Assembly: GCA_963622445.1 (NCBI GenBank)
Contig: CAVFHY010000002.1
Coordinates: forward strand, 1-58,926
Reading direction: 5' to 3'
Source of the DNA: Bacteroidaceae bacterium
Lineage (GTDB): Bacteria > Bacteroidota > Bacteroidia > Bacteroidales > Paludibacteraceae
DNA length: 58,926 nucleotides
This document shows, piece by piece, positions 17,033-26,879 of the stretch (its first letter is position 1; each line of letters starts with the position of its first letter). A program made the position numbers and the translations under genes. The notes beneath the pieces were generated by a model, which saw only the letters and a list, made by a program, of their open reading frames with translations, was not told the origin of the DNA and did no database searches.

Positions 17033-19333
17033 TTATTGCAATCGGAAACGAGCGGGAGTCCCTTCGGCACTGCTTCGGGAAATCCATACTTGGAAATCGC
17101 CCGGCTCGGCAGAACGGACATAGCGACCGTCCGCACCCAAAGTAACGCCATCCGCCAAATGCCAGTAAGCCAGGTCGTCCTCCGAGAGCGTGAACTGCAC
17201 CGTGCGGCTCTCACCTGCCGGAATCGATACCCGCTCGAAACCTTTCAACTCACGGATGGGGCGGGTGAGGCTGCCCACAAGGTCGCGAATATAGAGTTGC
17301 GGAACAGCAACGGCTTCCCTATTGCCCGTATTGGTGATGGTACACGAAGCGGTAAGGGTGGCATTTCTGCCCATAGCAAGCAGCGTATCGGACAGCGTAA
17401 CGGGGCTATAGTCGAAAGTGGTATAGGTAAGCCCATAGCCGAAGGGGAAGAGAGGCTTATCTCCATACTCGAGCCAATAACTGGACTCGCCCAACGAGAA
17501 CTGCGGCGCACCCACGGGAATCTGGTCTATCAAGACGGGATGGTCGGTGGGGCGACCCGTGTTCTTCTTGTTATAGTACATCGGTATTTGCCCCTCTGCC
17601 TGCGGGAAAGTCATCGGCAAACGCCCCGACGGAGCGACTACGCCTGTGAGCAGGTTCGCCAACGCCGGACCTTGCATGGTGCCACCGTGGAATGCATACA
17701 ACACGGCATCGACTATGTCAATATCCGCACCTATACAGAGCGGACGACCCGCCATAACAGTCAGCACCACCGGCTTGCCCGTGGCCTTGAGCGCACGCAA
17801 CTGAGCCGACTGGTCGCCCGGCAAATCGAGATGCGCACGGCAGCGTGCTTCGCCCGAAAGAATACTCTCCTCGCCACCAAAATAGAGAACTACATCGGCT
17901 TGACGGGCTTTGGCAACCAATTGATTGATATTGTCCAGGCTAACCTCGCGCGACCAATGCTTGCCCTCCTGCTCAATGAGGCGTATCTTGCCCTCACGAG
18001 CCAACTGACGGAACGCCATAAGCGGGGTAACGGTCATGGAATCGACCTTGTCGAAGCACCATGTACCGTTCTGGTCGTGCTGGGAATTGCAGAGAGGACC
18101 GCAGACAAGAACAGTGAGGCGTTGCGTATTGAGAGTGGAGAGCGGGAGTATGCCGTTGTTCTTGAGCAGAACGGCTGACTCCTCGGCGGCACGCTGTGCG
18201 GCTGCCAATGCCTCCGTCGTAAAGTACTGCGTGGAATCGAGCGTACAATACGGATTCTCAAACAGCCCCAAGCGGAACTTCAGACGCAAAATATCCCGCA
18301 CACAAGCGTCCAACTGCTTTTCGCTGACCTTGCCGCTCTCGACGAGTTCTTTGAGGTACCACGGATAGCCATGCCCCTCCATATCCATCTCCATCTGTGC
18401 ATTGACGCTCAACACCGTCGCCTCACGCAAGTCGGCACAGTTGCCGTGCGCAATCATATTCGCCGAGGATGCCCAATCGGACACAAGCATACCCGTATAT
18501 CCCCACTCGCCTCGCAAGATGTCTACATTGAGGTGACGGTTTGCCGAAGCAGGCACACCATTGAGGTCGTTGAACGAACACATGATAGTCGCTGAACCCG
18601 CATCAACAGCCGCCTTGAAGGGCGGAAGGTAGGTCTCACGGAGTTGCACCTCTGGAATCCAAGTAGTGTTGTAGTCACGCCCACCCTCGGAAACGGCATA
18701 GCCTGCAAAATGCTTGACACAAGCCGCCATATCGATAGTACCCTGACCCGTTGCAGGGTGGTAGTCGGCACCCTGATAGCCACGCACACAGGCTGCGCCC
18801 ATGACAGAGGTAAGGTAGGTATCCTCTCCATAGCCCTCGGCAATGCGCCCCCAACGAGGATCACGCGCTACATCGACCATAGGGGAGAATGTCCAACGCA
18901 GCCCCGCATGGACAGCCTCGTTGGCCGTAAGGCGGGCCGCCTGCTCAACCAAAGCGGGATCGAAAGTAGCCGCCTGACCGAGCGGAATAGGATAGATAGT
19001 ATGGTAGCCATGGATGATATCACGACCGAAAATCATCGGGATACCCAGGCGAGTTTCCTCAACGGCAATGCGCTGGTAGTAGTTCGCCTCCTCACCCACG
19101 CTGTTGAGCATAGAACCTGCCCCCGCACGCACCTGGTTGGCAAGGTCGTCGGAATACCAACCGCCACAGACCTGCGTCATCTGGCCGATTTTCTCCTCGA
19201 GGGTCATCTCAGACAAAAGGCGGTCGATTTGCTGCTCAGTGGGGTCTTTCTTCTGGCAAGAAGCCAGGACAAGGCACAATGCACACAGAATGTACAACGA
19301 GAGGCTGCAAAATGTACGGGAGTGAGTTTTCAT
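17033..19333 (-). CDS. GH3 beta-glucosidase (BglX-like), lipoprotein/periplasmic
   Basis: MTLEEKIGQMTQ, GIPMIFGRDIIHG, KHFAGY, GMLVSDWAS (GH3 nucleophile Asp context). Signal ...LCLVLASC. Confidence 0.9.
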   Translation of the reverse strand: MKTHSRTFCSLSLYILCALCLVLASCQKKDPTEQQIDRLLSEMTLEEKIGQMTQVCGGWYSDDLANQVRAGAGSMLNSVGEEANYYQRIAVEETRLGIPMIFGRDIIHGYHTIYPIPLGQAATFDPALVEQAARLTANEAVHAGLRWTFSPMVDVARDPRWGRIAEGYGEDTYLTSVMGAACVRGYQGADYHPATGQGTIDMAACVKHFAGYAVSEGGRDYNTTWIPEVQLRETYLPPFKAAVDAGSATIMCSFNDLNGVPASANRHLNVDILRGEWGYTGMLVSDWASSANMIAHGNCADLREATVLSVNAQMEMDMEGHGYPWYLKELVESGKVSEKQLDACVRDILRLKFRLGLFENPYCTLDSTQYFTTEALAAAQRAAEESAVLLKNNGILPLSTLNTQRLTVLVCGPLCNSQHDQNGTWCFDKVDSMTVTPLMAFRQLAREGKIRLIEQEGKHWSREVSLDNINQLVAKARQADVVLYFGGEESILSGEARCRAHLDLPGDQSAQLRALKATGKPVVLTVMAGRPLCIGADIDIVDAVLYAFHGGTMQGPALANLLTGVVAPSGRLPMTFPQAEGQIPMYYNKKNTGRPTDHPVLIDQIPVGAPQFSLGESSYWLEYGDKPLFPFGYGLTYTTFDYSPVTLSDTLLAMGRNATLTASCTITNTGNREAVAVPQLYIRDLVGSLTRPIRELKGFERVSIPAGESRTVQFTLSEDDLAYWHLADGVTLGADGRYVRSAEPGDFQVWISRSSAEGTPARFRLQ

Positions 19334-19337
19334 GAGA

Positions 19338-22300
19338 TTACAATTTGATGGTTACGATGACTTGTTTGACTTGACCGTCACGGGCGAAGATATGGTGCGA
19401 GGTCGAGGCATCTATGGTGTTAGCGAACGAAAGGGTCTTGCCGTCGGCAAATTCGACCGCGATACTCGGCTCGCTGCCCAAACGATAGGTGAACGGGGTT
19501 TGGCAATAGGTGAAAGACAGGGTATCTTCGTGGAACATATCGGCACCAAGCATAATAGGCTCGATACGAATGGCACCATCTGCCACACGCACGCCCAACT
19601 CGAAGAAGCGGGAAAGAATGTCTTCCTTGACTTGCCCCGTCATGCCCGGCTGCTGAACGCCTCCACAAACATACCCGTTGGCCTCTGTCGGCTCGTACAA
19701 CCAAGGCGTGTGGGAATAGGCATCGAAGGGGAAAGAGCCGTACTCGGCAGGGGTCTTATGCGCACCAATACCCTCACGGACAGCCGCATAGTGGGCTTTC
19801 AGGCGAGCAAGGACTGCCTCATCGGCATGAGCGTCTATCGCCTGCTCGATGGTTTCGCCCACTGCTACCAGCAACTTGCTGACCATGTGCCAATAGATAG
19901 AGCCAAGCCCCTCGTACTTGTAGAACGAACCGGAACGACCCGTGAAAGCATGGTGGTGGAACATCTGCTCATAGACGGCAAGCAGTTCTTTGCGCTCGGC
20001 GGTGGTGATGTCCGCATGACTATCCAAGGCACGGGACAGGAAATCGGCATTGTTGAACGACGCACAGAAATGCACCCCACCCTCGCAGTCCTGCACCAGG
20101 ATGTCGGTTGCCTGCTCGCTCAACAGACGCTCAACGACAGGCAACGACAAGGCCTCAGCAGGCAAGTTGTTTCGGTCGAGGAAAGAGGGGCGGCGGCGGT
20201 TGGGATAGAGCATATAACTGCGCTGGTCTTCGCGATAGAGAGCCGAACAGCGCATAGCATCGAGCAAGTCGGCGGCTTCGGCGGGCGCAAGCGCACCAGA
20301 AGACAAGATAGCCACTTGCCCCTCGAGCATCTCGTAGAGGTGCTCAACGCTCAGCGTCCCCTCGCCAAAGGAGATGAGGTTGTAGGCGTGGTACAAGCCG
20401 TCTGCACGCTTATTGACCGCAATGGAGGCGTCGATATAGGTCTGCACCTTGTTCAGGAATTGGAGAAGAAGATCAGTCGATAATTCTACCTTCTCACCGG
20501 AATGGCCGGCATAGACAGCCCGGCGATAGGTCTCACCTGCACGACCGACCGTGTCGATGAAGGTGCGGCGGGTTTCGTCGGTGAACGAAAGCGACCGGCC
20601 GGCACACTCGGCATCGTGGGCTGCAAAAGCACTAGATATATCACGCAGGAAGACAACGACCTCCCGGGAAAGCGCATAGGACGAATCCACACCCTCGTAC
20701 AAACGAGTCAGGAACTGCACGAAACGACGCATATAGCAGAGCGTGACCATAGACGCACCATAGCCAACGAGGGCATTGTTGGCGTCGTTCCACTCGGGGC
20801 GAAGGGTATTCATCCAAATACCTGCCTCGGGGATGAAGTTGCTCAACTTGGTGAGCAAAGTGATGAGTACTTTCTCCGTGAAGGTAACGAGCAGGGGTTG
20901 GTCGCCTGCCATAACGAGGCGTGCATCCTGCCCGTAGGTGGGCAACAGGGAGAAGATATGCTTATGGAGATCGTCAACGAAACAGATAGAATCCTTGGGA
21001 TTGGCAACTATCTCGGAGTAGGTTCGGAAATGGTACGGGACATTGGCAAAAGCGAACTCCCTATCGCCCAATATGGCACGCAATGCAGCGGGGTTGTGCT
21101 TGTAACTCAACTCCAACAGACGACAGAGATAGATAATCTGGTGGTCGCCCCAATAGCCGATATTCGACCACGGGTTTTCCGGCTCGATAACCTCCCAATC
21201 GATGCCCTCGGAGGTAACCTTATAGGGATTGTAGCCGTCCGCTGTAGTGGCATTGAGGAACTTGGCAATAATGCCGTTGGTATAGTCAGGGTACGAAAGT
21301 GAAAGCGCCTCCCAGTTCTGGAAAATATCACGCCAGTTGCCCTGATAGGAAATGAGGCGACGGCCATCCTTGTCGTTGACACGAATGTCGAACAAGTTCC
21401 ACGGACGGCTCGGGTCGCCATGGCGACGAGAGAATGTAATGGGCAGGTACTCCATGAAAAGACGGTGCAACTGGTGGTCTTGCAGATCCATGATACGCTC
21501 CTCGAGGCGGCTATAAGATATAGTCTCAGGCAGCGAGGATAGGAAACCACGGTACTGCTCGGCAAGCGCCTTGTTGAATACCTCGACATGGTAAGCAAAA
21601 GCAGGGCCGTTGATTTGATAGTTATCACAATAGAAACCGCCACGCATGGTATTGAACAGCGTGTTGGCGAAATGGCGAGCATCGTCCCACTCATCCGCCG
21701 TATGCTGTACCCCGTCGTTCTGCGCCACGATAGAGCGGAGCGTGTCGGTGGCAGTACGGATGGCTGCCTCGACCTCGCTGATGGCATTCGGCTCACCAAG
21801 GAAATGCAAGCTGCGGCGCACATCGGCAGCATCCTGCATGACATCGCAGACAAAATACCACTGCTCGCTCGCGTACGGGGCGAGAGAGAGGGAAGTATGG
21901 GCGAAGATAGCACCACGCATACCCTTCGACTCCGGCTCGGCAAGGACTGCTTCGCCACGACGGAAGGCATCCAACTGCACAGATGAAGTCAGATAATCGG
22001 CCTCCGATAGACCGAGCGTATAGACACTATTGCAGCGCAAAGACTCACTCGGCTCGGCTCGATCGACCAAGATGGCCTCCATACGGAACAAAACCATGGG
22101 TTGGTTCGGGACTTGTTCGGTCTTTTTGTAGGCATCGACCAAAGTGGAGAACACATTTTGGGTCTTCTGCTCCACGCCCGAAGGCATAACATTCTGCAAA
22201 CCATCCAACAATTCGACGGAGATAGCACAATCCGTGTCGTTGAACAAGCGAGCACAGCGCACCCAACCGAAGCGGTCAGCTGCTGCCCACTCGTAAGCGA

Positions 22301-22730
22301 AGGTAAGCCCAAGGTCGAGATTCTGCTCCATAAAGAGCAGTTTGTTGCCCGTGACCGACTTGGCAATGCTGCGGCGGACACGGTAGATACCGTTCAGGCG
22401 GTCGGAGAAAGGCTCCCAGAGGACTCCCTCCTGCCCAGATGTAGGCGTATCGGAGGATACGGGCAGTACTCTTAGGATAGTCTTGGCACCGGTATGCTCA
22501 TAGTTCTCGGTGATTTTGTCGTCGGTATAGTACGGGAACAGCACCTGCTCGGGGTTGCGGCGGCCACAGGTAAGCCCGCCCGTGGAGGAGATATACATCC
22601 ACAGATCGGTATCGCTGGCAAGGCTGATAAAGAACGGATGCAGTTCATCGTAATTCTCTATCTGATAATACTTCTCACCGTTGAGGGTCAAGTACTTACC
22701 CGTTACTTGCTTTTTTTCTATTGTATTCAT
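19338..22730 (-). CDS. Large cytoplasmic glycoside phosphorylase candidate (GH94-clan; best fit GH149/GH161-type beta-1,3-glucan phosphorylase)
   Basis: 1130 aa with no signal peptide. RPEWNDANNALVG resembles the catalytic DWND motif region of GH94-type phosphorylases. The size (~128 kDa) matches GH149 proteins. It sits between a sugar symporter and GH3 inside a beta-1,3-glucanase locus. The family call is an inference, not a search result. Confidence 0.55.
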   Translation of the reverse strand: MNTIEKKQVTGKYLTLNGEKYYQIENYDELHPFFISLASDTDLWMYISSTGGLTCGRRNPEQVLFPYYTDDKITENYEHTGAKTILRVLPVSSDTPTSGQEGVLWEPFSDRLNGIYRVRRSIAKSVTGNKLLFMEQNLDLGLTFAYEWAAADRFGWVRCARLFNDTDCAISVELLDGLQNVMPSGVEQKTQNVFSTLVDAYKKTEQVPNQPMVLFRMEAILVDRAEPSESLRCNSVYTLGLSEADYLTSSVQLDAFRRGEAVLAEPESKGMRGAIFAHTSLSLAPYASEQWYFVCDVMQDAADVRRSLHFLGEPNAISEVEAAIRTATDTLRSIVAQNDGVQHTADEWDDARHFANTLFNTMRGGFYCDNYQINGPAFAYHVEVFNKALAEQYRGFLSSLPETISYSRLEERIMDLQDHQLHRLFMEYLPITFSRRHGDPSRPWNLFDIRVNDKDGRRLISYQGNWRDIFQNWEALSLSYPDYTNGIIAKFLNATTADGYNPYKVTSEGIDWEVIEPENPWSNIGYWGDHQIIYLCRLLELSYKHNPAALRAILGDREFAFANVPYHFRTYSEIVANPKDSICFVDDLHKHIFSLLPTYGQDARLVMAGDQPLLVTFTEKVLITLLTKLSNFIPEAGIWMNTLRPEWNDANNALVGYGASMVTLCYMRRFVQFLTRLYEGVDSSYALSREVVVFLRDISSAFAAHDAECAGRSLSFTDETRRTFIDTVGRAGETYRRAVYAGHSGEKVELSTDLLLQFLNKVQTYIDASIAVNKRADGLYHAYNLISFGEGTLSVEHLYEMLEGQVAILSSGALAPAEAADLLDAMRCSALYREDQRSYMLYPNRRRPSFLDRNNLPAEALSLPVVERLLSEQATDILVQDCEGGVHFCASFNNADFLSRALDSHADITTAERKELLAVYEQMFHHHAFTGRSGSFYKYEGLGSIYWHMVSKLLVAVGETIEQAIDAHADEAVLARLKAHYAAVREGIGAHKTPAEYGSFPFDAYSHTPWLYEPTEANGYVCGGVQQPGMTGQVKEDILSRFFELGVRVADGAIRIEPIMLGADMFHEDTLSFTYCQTPFTYRLGSEPSIAVEFADGKTLSFANTIDASTSHHIFARDGQVKQVIVTIKL

Positions 22731-22765
22731 TGCGTATCGAATTTTCTATTTTCGGTCAAACAAAA

Positions 22766-24223
22766 TTACTCGGCGGCACGGCGTTCTTCCAACTCCTTCT
22801 TCATAAGCGCAAGCGTCGGCTTGTCGATATTATAGAAAGCCAAAAGAATGGCGCACGATGCATAGAGAACGCCCGGGACAATGCCAAACAGGACACGGAT
22901 ACAAGACATGATTTCCGGCACGGATTGGATCTCGGAAGTGGTCATAGTGGCCGGATCGAATCCGACATGGCTCATGATAGCCCCAAGAATGGCCGCACCA
23001 ATAGACCAACCTATCTTCTGCGCAAAGACGGCAGCCGAGAGGCAAAGACCCGTCGTGCGACGGTTGAATTTCCAATCGCCATAGTCTGCCGCATCGGCAA
23101 GCATTGTCCAAAGCAGCGAGATAGCCGGCGCATAGGAGATTTTTGCCAAACAGTTGAACACATTAATCAGCACAAAATTAGTACCAGCAAAGAACAACAT
23201 ACAAAAGAAGAAACCCGACAAAAGCGAGCAGACGATATACAGATTGCGGCCACCATAGCGTGCGACAAGAGGCTTGGTGAACGGGATGGCAATGATAAGC
23301 GCAATCGTGCCCAAGAGATTGAACATCTGGCTCTTGGACTCAGCATCGCAAAAGTACTTGAAATAGTAGGTGGCAGAGATGTTTTGGATGGCAAACATGA
23401 TAAACGACACGATACCTACCAGCGTCAGCACTACCCACGGACGGTTTTGGAAAAGCGAGCCGAAATCACGGAACAAGTTGGTGTCCTGCTTGGCTGCCGG
23501 GGCAACACGCTCACGCGTGGAAAAGAATGTAATGAACAGCAGCACGACACTAATCGCACCGAAAATGGCCACGAGATAGCGGAAACCATACTGATATGCC
23601 GTACTGACCAAAGCAGCATTGTCGGCAGAAGACTCGGCAAAGAGTTTGCGAGCCTCGTCGTTTGCCATGGTGGCATAATCAAGACCCGACACACACAGCG
23701 TGCCGAGATAGTACACGCCATAGAGTGCCAAACCGGAAACGATAAGTTGACCGATATTGGCTGCCACAAAACGATAGGAATTGAGCCCGGCACGCTCGAT
23801 AGAATCATTGGTCATCACCGCACCCAAAGAGGAATAGGGGATATTGACAATGGCATAGATGATACGCAACAGGATAAAGGTAATCAACACATACGCCACC
23901 TGCGCATTGCCCGCGAGCGAAGGCCCCCAAAAAGCAAGAAGGGCACAGAGCGCAAAGGGAACGGCTCCGAAAAGGATAAATGGACGGAACTTGCCCCAAC
24001 GAGTATTGGTACGGTCTGCCCAGATACCCACTATCGGATCCATGACGGCGTCCATAATGGTGCCCAGAATAGCAATCGTGGTTGCCCACGCGATGCTGAT
24101 ACCCGCCACATCGGTGTAGTAGAAAATCAGCCAAAAATTGACCATATCCCACACGAAATGGGAGGCAGTGTCGCCAAGGCTGTATCCTAATTTTTCTTTA
24201 ACGCTCAGTTTCATAACATTCAA
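22766..24223 (-). CDS. GPH-family (MelB-like) MFS glycoside:cation symporter
   Basis: KEKLGYSLGDTASHFVWDMVNFWLIFYYTDVAGI plus about 12 hydrophobic helices. Confidence 0.85.
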   Translation of the reverse strand: MNVMKLSVKEKLGYSLGDTASHFVWDMVNFWLIFYYTDVAGISIAWATTIAILGTIMDAVMDPIVGIWADRTNTRWGKFRPFILFGAVPFALCALLAFWGPSLAGNAQVAYVLITFILLRIIYAIVNIPYSSLGAVMTNDSIERAGLNSYRFVAANIGQLIVSGLALYGVYYLGTLCVSGLDYATMANDEARKLFAESSADNAALVSTAYQYGFRYLVAIFGAISVVLLFITFFSTRERVAPAAKQDTNLFRDFGSLFQNRPWVVLTLVGIVSFIMFAIQNISATYYFKYFCDAESKSQMFNLLGTIALIIAIPFTKPLVARYGGRNLYIVCSLLSGFFFCMLFFAGTNFVLINVFNCLAKISYAPAISLLWTMLADAADYGDWKFNRRTTGLCLSAAVFAQKIGWSIGAAILGAIMSHVGFDPATMTTSEIQSVPEIMSCIRVLFGIVPGVLYASCAILLAFYNIDKPTLALMKKELEERRAAE

Positions 24224-24272
24224 TTTGGAAATTTGTAAATGGGTAGATAGAATTTATTTACTAATTTACGCA

Positions 24273-25250
24273 TTATTCATTGTATCGATAGACACGCACA
24301 TAATCCACATACATCTTGACAGGAGTGCCATCAGCGGGAAGGGCAGAGATGCGTTGGAAATTCGGGTCGTCTGCCGTCACCTGCTCAGGGTACTTGGGCG
24401 AGGTAGGCATACCGGGGAAATGGCCTCCTACGGCAAGGTTCAGCAAGATATAGAACGGCTTGTTGAAATAATGCCCCGGTTGGTTGATCGCTTTATCGCG
24501 CAAAGATAATTCAAAGTAAGGCGCTGCTTCGGGAAAACGGTCTTGATCGAGGTACATAGCAAGGCTGTCCTCCGACCACACAAGTGTGAACAGATGGAAG
24601 CCGTCCTGCACCGAATAGGGAGCCTCGCAGACCCCCGCCTTATTGGGATAACGGCCGTTATTGAACGACTCGCCCCAATGGGCTGCGCCATTGAAATAAC
24701 GGTCTTGCAGACCCTTGGCGATGCCGTCCTGATGCCCCATCTCCACGATGTCTAGCTCGCCGCAGCGAGGCCATACGACCTGACCCGACTGCGCCAACTC
24801 AGCCGCACAAGAATCGACCGTATCGTCGTTGCCCAAATCACGGGCTATGTCGTTGCCGAGCATCCAGAAAGCCGGCCAAAGACCATCTGCGGTATTGGGG
24901 AAAGCGATACGAGCCTCTATCTTGCCGTACTGCACCGTTACCTTGTCCTGCGTATTGAGGCGGGCGGAAGTGGCGGGGCGGTTGCCGTAGTCCTCGCGGC
25001 GTGCAGAAAGCACCAAGCAGCGCTCGCCCGTAACGGGATGGTTCTCTATCGATACATTGCGAGGCGAGTAGTACTGCATCTCGTAGTTGCCACCGCCACG
25101 GGCATTGTCCTCGATATTCCAATAGGCGGTATTGAGTGTGTCGGCATCGAAGGTATCCTCCCAGACGAGAGTGTAGGAGTCTTTGGGTGTGCACGAGGAA
25201 AGAAGGGCGACCATGGCGAAAGCGATATAAGCGGTTGTGTGTTTCATCAT
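24273..25250 (-). CDS. GH16 beta-1,3-glucanase (laminarinase-type), lipoprotein
   Basis: Catalytic ExDxxE as GELDIVEM. WPAFWMLG. Preferred start MMKHTTAYIAFAMVALLSSC at 25250. The track start at 25394 would overlap the upstream gene. Confidence 0.85.
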   Translation of the reverse strand: MMKHTTAYIAFAMVALLSSCTPKDSYTLVWEDTFDADTLNTAYWNIEDNARGGGNYEMQYYSPRNVSIENHPVTGERCLVLSARREDYGNRPATSARLNTQDKVTVQYGKIEARIAFPNTADGLWPAFWMLGNDIARDLGNDDTVDSCAAELAQSGQVVWPRCGELDIVEMGHQDGIAKGLQDRYFNGAAHWGESFNNGRYPNKAGVCEAPYSVQDGFHLFTLVWSEDSLAMYLDQDRFPEAAPYFELSLRDKAINQPGHYFNKPFYILLNLAVGGHFPGMPTSPKYPEQVTADDPNFQRISALPADGTPVKMYVDYVRVYRYNE

Positions 25251-25290
25251 AGTTTGTGCTATTATTTGGGTATGCTTTGTTAGGATTGTA

Positions 25291-26817
25291 TTAGTGAAGC
25301 GGGGTGCCGAGCAAGGTGTAGCGAGTGCCATTATGCTCAATATATATCTGTCCGTCACGGAGTACCTTGCGGGTTGGTTCGGGAATTTGGGCATTTACGC
25401 AGTCGGTGGAGGTGCTGCCCTCGATAGGATCGGAGGCAACAGCGGAATAGAACGACTCGCCCACATCGCCTTTCTGATAGACACGCACCCAATCGACATA
25501 CATCGAACGAGAACCTGACGAGAGAGCCGTGATACCGTTGATGTCGTAGATACCCGGGAATTGGCCGCCTACCGCCAAATTGAAGATAATGCCATTGGGC
25601 TTGTGGAAATACTTGCCCGGGGCGTTGTCCTCGCTGCTGACAGGGATGGTCATCGAATAGTAAGGCGAGACCGTTGGGTGGGCGTCGAGATCGACATACA
25701 TGGCGACATGGTCGGCGTCCCAGATACAAGTGATGATATGGAAGCCATCCTCGACGCTATACGCATTGGTGATGTCCTGCGCATACTGATAGTGACTGCT
25801 CCAGATAGGCCCCCAATGGCTGGCGCCATTGAAGAAACGGTCTTGCGTGCCCGCACTGATACCGTTCTGATGGCCCAACTCGATGATGTCGGTCTCGCCA
25901 CAAGCAGGCCAGCCTACCGTGGGATAGTCGTTGCCCATCATCCAGAAAGCCGGCCACAAGCCGTTGGCCGTATTGGGGAACCAGATACGAGCCTCGATTT
26001 TGCCGTATTGAAAATAGGTCTTATCGAAGGAATTGATACGGCCTGAGGTGCAGGTCTTGCCCATATAACTCTCTTTGGTAGCGGTCAGAATAAGGCAATG
26101 CTTGCCCTCGACAGGGTCGGTACCGAGGCGCACCCCACGGTCGCAATAGTACTGCAACTCGCTGTTGCCGCCGCCATCGCCGTTGGTCTCGATGTTCCAA
26201 GCGGAGAGATTGAGGGTCTCATCGGTGAAATCTGCGTTCCAAACCAACTCATAATCGCCTGTTGGTTCGGGAGTGGTGCGGCAAACTGCGTTGGGAGTGG
26301 TGCGGGGAGAGGCATCGTTGGAAAGCACCACATCGTCGATATACATAACGGCATCGGCACTGAGCGTGGTGCGGTCGACCATCAAAAAGAGGAAATCGAC
26401 ACTATGGTCGCCAAGGTCGAAAACAACATCCTGCCACTGATTGGCCACGATGGTATTCATAGGAACCAAGTCGGCAGAGCCATCTTGCTCGGTCGGATCA
26501 TAGACTTTGAGATTGGGCTGGTTGGTATTGTTGCGATACATCAACACATGGGCGTAACGATAGCCCGAAATAGAAGAAGACGGAGTGTACATAGCACCCG
26601 CCCAGTTGTTTGCCGACTGAGGACGCACCACCTGCAACACCTTGCACGAGAGGTTTAGTCCCGTCTCGGAAGGATTGTTGACTACGGTGGTTGCCCCCTC
26701 TACGGCCGTCCATGCGCTGCCACTCTCGAAATCGGAGATAGTTACCTGAGCAGACGCACAGAACGCTACTAACACAACAACTACTAAACTACATATCTTT
26801 TTTGTACCTTGGTTCAT
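25291..26817 (-). CDS. GH16 beta-1,3-glucanase with N-terminal CBM-like domain and T9SS CTD
   Basis: Signal peptide ...VAFCASA/Q. GETDIIELGH (ExDxxE). WPAFWMMG. C-terminal RKVLRDGQIYIEHNGTRYTLLG. Confidence 0.85.
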   Translation of the reverse strand: MNQGTKKICSLVVVVLVAFCASAQVTISDFESGSAWTAVEGATTVVNNPSETGLNLSCKVLQVVRPQSANNWAGAMYTPSSSISGYRYAHVLMYRNNTNQPNLKVYDPTEQDGSADLVPMNTIVANQWQDVVFDLGDHSVDFLFLMVDRTTLSADAVMYIDDVVLSNDASPRTTPNAVCRTTPEPTGDYELVWNADFTDETLNLSAWNIETNGDGGGNSELQYYCDRGVRLGTDPVEGKHCLILTATKESYMGKTCTSGRINSFDKTYFQYGKIEARIWFPNTANGLWPAFWMMGNDYPTVGWPACGETDIIELGHQNGISAGTQDRFFNGASHWGPIWSSHYQYAQDITNAYSVEDGFHIITCIWDADHVAMYVDLDAHPTVSPYYSMTIPVSSEDNAPGKYFHKPNGIIFNLAVGGQFPGIYDINGITALSSGSRSMYVDWVRVYQKGDVGESFYSAVASDPIEGSTSTDCVNAQIPEPTRKVLRDGQIYIEHNGTRYTLLGTPLH

Positions 26818-26879
26818 AAGGGTATGGAATTGATTCGGTTTGTTGGCGTTATAAATGGGTTTGTTTGCAAAAAGCGAGG

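Noticed and set aside
22721-24190. 489-aa plus-strand ORF antisense to the GPH symporter
   Set aside because: The minus-strand protein has the GPH signature and 12 hydrophobic helices. The antisense translation is highly charged and R/H/D/K-rich, with no domain signature.
24273-25394. Extended 373-aa version of the third GH16 gene
   Set aside because: The first 48 codons would overlap the 3' end of the upstream GH16 gene (25291...) and lack signal-peptide character. The MMKH... start at 25250 gives a clean lipoprotein signal.
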